Source of the DNA: a virus
Lineage: Duplodnaviria > Caudoviricetes
Virus record (IMG/VR): IMGVR_UViG_3300027804_000021
Location: 1 to 28,265 of that record
Reading direction: 5' to 3' (one strand)
Length of the DNA stretch: 28,265 nt
Position 1 is the first letter of the stretch; the number at the start of each line of letters is the position of its first letter. The notes below the pieces were generated by a model. That model was not told where the DNA came from and made no database searches. It saw only the letters and a list, made by a program, of their open reading frames with translations. Made by a program: the position numbers and the translations under genes. This document shows, one piece after another, positions 24,065-28,265 of the stretch.

Positions 24065-25444
24065 ATGGGATTACTTGACTTTTTTAGTAAAAGACAAAAA
24101 CTATCAACAGTTTTACCACAGATACCTTTTAACGGACAAGTTGCGATACAACAAGGGATAATAACTTGGCAAGGTGGCGATAACATTAGTTTTGTTCGTG
24201 ATGGATATTCTGCAAATGACATAGTTTATTCTATCGTTAAATTAATTACGGATAAAGCAAAACTTGCTCCATTCCATGTTTACAAAGTAGTTGATGAAAC
24301 TTCAGCAAAGAAATACAAGGCTTTGATGAGCCAACCAGATAAGATTGAGAACTGGAAGGATGTAGAAAAATTACATAAGAAAGCATTTGAATTATACACA
24401 GGTGATGCAAGATTAAACGAGTTATTAAAATATCCAAACGAGGAAGATACTTTCGGTGATTTCGTAGAGGCTTGGTGTTCGTTTAAATTAATTACAGGTA
24501 ACTCTTTTGTTTACGCTAAAATGATTGAAGGCGGTAACAACGATGGTAAACCTTATGAGTTATACGTGCTTCCTTCTCAATATATGTACGTGTTAGCGAA
24601 CATTCAAAACTTCCCTCCAACTATTAGTGGTTACCAATTAAATTATGGTCCACTATGGAACTTTACTAAACAAGAAATATTACAAGATAAATACTTTAAT
24701 CCACAATGGAATACTACTGGGAATCAACTATATGGTCAATCACCATTGATGGCTGCTGCGAGAAACTTGACTCGTTCGAACGAAGCGAAGACAGCAGCAG
24801 TTGCTTCCTTCCAGAATGGTGGTCCAGCTGGAGTTCTTTTTATGAATGATGAACGCTTTGACCCTATTAGTGGAACACAACAAGCACAAGCACTTAAAAG
24901 AGCAGTAAGCGAGAAAGGTGGCTCTGCTAACTTTAATTCAATTGCGGTTAGTGGTTATAAAGTAGATTGGAAACAAATTGGTTTAAGTCCTGTTGAATTA
25001 GACATCATTGAGAGTGAAAAGTGGGATATGAAAGCACTTTGTAATATTTATGGAGTACCTTCTCAATTATTAAACGATGCTGATAACAAGACTTATAACA
25101 ATCAAAGAGAAGGAGAGAAAGCATTGACAGTTCGTTGTGCGATTCCTTTGTTAGTTGGTATTAGAGATAACTTGAATAGAAAACTACATTCTGATTGGGG
25201 ATATAGAAATAGTGATATTTATGTTGACTTTGACCCATCTATTTACGGAGAGTTAGAAGCAAACAAAGCCGAGCAAGTAGAATGGTTAGATAAGGCTTGG
25301 TGGATTGCACCTAAACAAAAGATGGATATTATGGGATTAGAGATTCCACCTTACATAGATCAAACTGAAATGGAGAAATTATACATCCCTTCAAGTTTAC
25401 AAAGTCCAGATGAGTTTCAACCATTAACCCTACCAAATGAATAG
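24065..25444 (+). CDS. Portal protein, HK97 family
   Basis: LITGNSF, YGQSPL.AA, FQNGG..G, LCNIYGVPSQLL and TYNN motifs. Confidence 0.95.
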   Translation: MGLLDFFSKRQKLSTVLPQIPFNGQVAIQQGIITWQGGDNISFVRDGYSANDIVYSIVKLITDKAKLAPFHVYKVVDETSAKKYKALMSQPDKIENWKDVEKLHKKAFELYTGDARLNELLKYPNEEDTFGDFVEAWCSFKLITGNSFVYAKMIEGGNNDGKPYELYVLPSQYMYVLANIQNFPPTISGYQLNYGPLWNFTKQEILQDKYFNPQWNTTGNQLYGQSPLMAAARNLTRSNEAKTAAVASFQNGGPAGVLFMNDERFDPISGTQQAQALKRAVSEKGGSANFNSIAVSGYKVDWKQIGLSPVELDIIESEKWDMKALCNIYGVPSQLLNDADNKTYNNQREGEKALTVRCAIPLLVGIRDNLNRKLHSDWGYRNSDIYVDFDPSIYGELEANKAEQVEWLDKAWWIAPKQKMDIMGLEIPPYIDQTEMEKLYIPSSLQSPDEFQPLTLPNE

Positions 25445-25811
25445 TCAAGACATCATAGATATGTTATTTGATTTAAAGGTTGACCTAAAAGCCGACCTTA
25501 GCGAGGTTATTGATGAAGTTTACGCAAAGTATCACGATACTGTGAATATGTCTTATAGCGAATTAGAGGCTTGGAGTAAGACCGAGTGTTCAAAGTTAGC
25601 ATCATTAGATAGAAGTCCAATAAACCGAAATTTGAGGCTCTTAAGCACCAAGAAAGGTGATTGGGGTGCAAGTGAGGTAAAGTCTGCTAACAGAACAATT
25701 AGCTTTGTTAGTAGAATGAAAAATATGGAGCAAGGACAACCTGTAAACAAAACTTGCCCATCTAAAAGGGATATTTCCTTAAAGAACTGGGCATATAATC
25801 CAAATAAATAA
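25437..25811 (+). CDS. DUF3140-like protein
   Basis: VNMSYSELEAW, RTISFVSR and ISLKNWAYNP resemble the DUF3140 VNM..EL..W / SLMNWGHDP pattern as I recall it. Confidence 0.65.
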   Translation: MNSQDIIDMLFDLKVDLKADLSEVIDEVYAKYHDTVNMSYSELEAWSKTECSKLASLDRSPINRNLRLLSTKKGDWGASEVKSANRTISFVSRMKNMEQGQPVNKTCPSKRDISLKNWAYNPNK

Positions 25812-25817
25812 ATATAT

Positions 25818-26210
25818 ATGAATTATGTACATAAATTCGTACAGTTAGCTAATGAGTTAATAAGCGAAATCAAGAAAACAACAGGCATCAATCGTAGTGG
25901 TATTACTCAAGCTGCTTCATTGATAAGTCAAGGAAAAGTAATTAGTTCAAGAAGTTGGAATCCACCATCTGCAAGTGAGGAGAACGCATACATTGAGGAA
26001 AACGGAATGGCTGCTTATGGTAAGTGGTTTTTAGCTATTGATGCTAATGCTGATATGGAAACTAAAGAACATTGGCACTACATTTATACAAGTGATTTTG
26101 TAAACGTTGATAGAGCGGGTCTTATTGCAATTAGACAAAGATCAGGTCAACAAGGTCAAACAGATGTATTTAATGCAGCTGGTAAGTTACTTGAAAAATT
26201 AGATGCATAA
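25818..26210 (+). CDS. Conserved-type hypothetical protein
   Basis: 130-aa ORF coupled to MuF; PSA..EN..IE..G...Y.KW.L.ID pattern. Confidence 0.7.
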   Translation: MNYVHKFVQLANELISEIKKTTGINRSGITQAASLISQGKVISSRSWNPPSASEENAYIEENGMAAYGKWFLAIDANADMETKEHWHYIYTSDFVNVDRAGLIAIRQRSGQQGQTDVFNAAGKLLEKLDA

Positions 26211-27091
26211 TGATTTGGCAAGATTATAGGAAACTATATTTAAACGCAATAAAAACCTACTCACCTAAGTTCAAGAAAGAACTACAAAGGCAAGTGGATA
26301 CATATTGCGATACCCAAGATTTAAACGCTATAAGCGATAAGAAGATAAAAAAGACCATCCAAAACGTTCATATTGCAATGGGCGTTAAGATGGCACAAAT
26401 TACCGAGAAAAACGTTTCTAAGTCAGTTAAAGGTTATTTCGGTCCAGAGGAGTTTAAAAGTAAGCAAACGGATTTGTTTACTTATGTAATGTTGACATAT
26501 TTAGAATTAAAAGGATTAGATAATATTGCAGCAGAGATAACTCAAACAACTAAAAACCAAATTCAACAATACTTAATGAAGTCAGTTGAGGAAGGTTTAA
26601 CTATGCAAGAAACAATAAAGCTATTGAGAACGGCTGGTATAACTGATTACAGAGCGGAGATGATAGCGAGAACGGAAACAGGCAGAGCAGCGAACATAGG
26701 CTCAATGGTAGGTACGGCTTCAACAGGTCTTGTTACTATGAAGGAGTGGATAGCAGCGAAAGATAACCGAACAAGGCGAGTTCCAAGAGATCAGTTTGAC
26801 CATTATCATATGGATGGAATAAAAGTAGCTTACGATGAAAAATTTAATGTTAAGACTAAGAACGGAGGTTTTGAGCAAATGTTACATCCTTGCGACCCAA
26901 GTGGAAGTGCTGGTGATGTTATCAATTGCCGTTGTACGTTAGGCTATGAAGCCGTGAGAGGCGAAGATGGAAAGCCAAAAAGGTTACAAGATAACCCACC
27001 AAGAGGAGATATGGGTTATGTTTGGAGTTTAATAAATAATGTGGCTTTGATGCAAATTTCTAATTTAATAAGAGATTTGTTAGCAGATTAA
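26210..27091 (+). CDS. MuF/SPP1 gp7-like minor head protein
   Basis: RAEMIARTE, KEW....D.RTR, H...DG and P.DPSG....VINCRC motifs. Confidence 0.9.
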   Translation: MIWQDYRKLYLNAIKTYSPKFKKELQRQVDTYCDTQDLNAISDKKIKKTIQNVHIAMGVKMAQITEKNVSKSVKGYFGPEEFKSKQTDLFTYVMLTYLELKGLDNIAAEITQTTKNQIQQYLMKSVEEGLTMQETIKLLRTAGITDYRAEMIARTETGRAANIGSMVGTASTGLVTMKEWIAAKDNRTRRVPRDQFDHYHMDGIKVAYDEKFNVKTKNGGFEQMLHPCDPSGSAGDVINCRCTLGYEAVRGEDGKPKRLQDNPPRGDMGYVWSLINNVALMQISNLIRDLLAD

Positions 27092-27101
27092 AAAAAATTA
27101 A

Positions 27102-27109
27102 TAACTTTG
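27102..27109 (+). promoter_or_regulatory. -7 promoter box TAACTTTG, 4 nt before ATG 27114
   Basis: TAnnTTTG with TTTG at 27076-27079. Confidence 0.7.
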
Positions 27110-27113
27110 TTAT

Positions 27114-27857
27114 ATGAGTAAGATTGAAAACAAAAGCTACAATGATATGATTTTGGATATAGAGCCAGAATCAAGAACAGTTAAAGCGTGTTGGTCAAGA
27201 ATTGGAAACGTTGATTTAGACAATGATATTATCGTTGCTGAAGCGTTTACCAAGACTATCAAAGAACGTGGACCAAAAGGCAAAAATATGATTTGGTCTT
27301 TAGTAGATCATAAAGCTGATATGGCACATACTTTAGGTAAACCTAAAGAGTTATACATAGAAGGCGATATGCTTGTTGCGGTTACTGACTTAATAGAAAC
27401 TGAATGTGGCGAAGATGCAATCAAGTTATATGAAGCTGGTTTAATCAATCAACACTCAATTGGTTTTAGTACATTAAAGTCTGATGTAAACCAAAAGACT
27501 GGTGTGCGTACAATTACCGAATTAAAACTATATGAAGGTTCTGCGGTTCTTTGGGGTGCTAATCCTGAAACTCCAACATTGGGTTTCAAGGGTGAGTTCA
27601 AAGAAACAAAAGAAAACTTATCAATGAGATTAGAAAACTTAATCAAGGCATTTAGAGGTGGCACATTCACAGATGACACCTTTGCTTTGATGGAGATTCA
27701 AATAAAACAAATACAAGCTGAATTATTGGCTTTGGAGATAACTGAAACAATCACTCAACCCGAGCCATCAGTTGAGCCGACACCAGAAGTTGAAGAAAAG
27801 AATAATGAAGAAGTATTGAAGGCAATTAAACAATTTAACAATCTATTTAAAAAGTAA
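27114..27857 (+). CDS. HK97-type prohead maturation protease
   Basis: VDLDNDII..AF.KTI, DH, SIGF and ELKLYEGSAV.WGANP.T motifs. Confidence 0.92.
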   Translation: MSKIENKSYNDMILDIEPESRTVKACWSRIGNVDLDNDIIVAEAFTKTIKERGPKGKNMIWSLVDHKADMAHTLGKPKELYIEGDMLVAVTDLIETECGEDAIKLYEAGLINQHSIGFSTLKSDVNQKTGVRTITELKLYEGSAVLWGANPETPTLGFKGEFKETKENLSMRLENLIKAFRGGTFTDDTFALMEIQIKQIQAELLALEITETITQPEPSVEPTPEVEEKNNEEVLKAIKQFNNLFKK

Positions 27858-27859
27858 AA

Positions 27860-28265
27860 ATGGAAAACGTAATTAACGAAATGGCTGAGAACCTTAAAGG
27901 TTTTCAAGCTAACGCAGAAGCACAAATCAAAGAGGTGTCTGCACAAATAACTGTCGTAAAAGATGAGTTACAAAAACAAATTGACGGACAATTAGCTGCA
28001 CAAAAGAAAGCTGCTAAAAGAGAAGTTAAATTTATGGATGAAGTTATCTTAGAAAAATTAGATGGCAAGTTTGACGAAATGGAGAAGTCTTTAAAGAATA
28101 GCGGTAAATTCCGTTTAGACTTAAGCGATGTTAAGACTATGACTTTAAGTGGTAACTTAACTGGTGATTCTCAAGCAACTTATGCTCCGAACCCAGCTAT
28201 CCAACCTTCTCAATCTTTAAACTTTAGAGATTTAATCCCTACTGTTAGAAGTGAGACTGGATTGT
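27860..28265 (+). CDS. Major capsid protein, N-terminal part (coiled-coil delta-like domain); continues at base 128 across the junction
   Basis: ATG 27860 (MENVINEMAENLKGFQANAEAQIKEV...) stays open for 93 codons into the repeat copy of ATG 1. Confidence 0.9.
   Translation, partial: MENVINEMAENLKGFQANAEAQIKEVSAQITVVKDELQKQIDGQLAAQKKAAKREVKFMDEVILEKLDGKFDEMEKSLKNSGKFRLDLSDVKTMTLSGNLTGDSQATYAPNPAIQPSQSLNFRDLIPTVRSETGL
28139..28265 (+). repeat. 127-bp exact terminal repeat of bases 1-127 (circular assembly overlap)
   Basis: ATGACTTTAAGTGG...GAGACTGGATTGT occurs at 1-127 and at 28139-28265. The repeat lies mid-gene, and 127 is a common assembler k-mer size. Confidence 0.97.

Noticed and set aside
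912-27946. Minus-strand and nested alternative-frame ORFs of 60-82 aa in the track (e.g. 912-1094, 2735-2953, 3916-4134, 7945-8130, 8664-8912, 27449-27679)
   Set aside because: All lie over well-supported + strand genes and show no motifs, so they are shadow ORFs.
28139-28265. Biological direct terminal repeat
   Set aside because: It is exactly 127 bp and falls inside the capsid gene, which fits an assembler overlap better.
1-28265. tRNA genes or stop-codon recoding
   Set aside because: No cloverleaf-like sequence was seen in the gaps, and genes are full length in the standard code with TAA, TAG and TGA all used as stops.

Overview
The window is an apparently complete, circularly assembled genome of a small siphovirus-like phage. 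Bases 28139-28265 repeat bases 1-127 exactly, so the unit length is 28,138 bp and the HK97-fold major capsid gene (27860 through the junction to 810, about 362 aa) is split by the window edge. All credible genes are on the + strand. Their order is head-tail and tail, tail fibre with S74 chaperone, lysis, accessory, a ~500 bp non-coding control region, early, recombination and replication genes (Bet/RecT, DnaA-domain-IV protein, SSB-like, DUF1376-like initiator, NinG), packaging (TerS, PBSX-type TerL), then portal, MuF and protease. TAnnTTTG promoter boxes and A-rich start regions lacking a Shine-Dalgarno sequence point to a Bacteroidota host (inference). I recognised no integrase, CI-type repressor, polymerase or helicase. 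The most unusual non-coding signals are these: (1) an array of different 24-30 bp palindromes at 16371-16622; (2) a promoter- and terminator-bounded ~57-nt RNA complementary to the start-codon regions of several phage genes; (3) a kissing-loop leader RNA before the replication initiator; (4) 11-bp-phased iterons inside the initiator; (5) three probable leaderless genes; (6) a -1 frameshift in the tail chaperone. All product calls come from motif recognition and gene order by eye, not from database searches.
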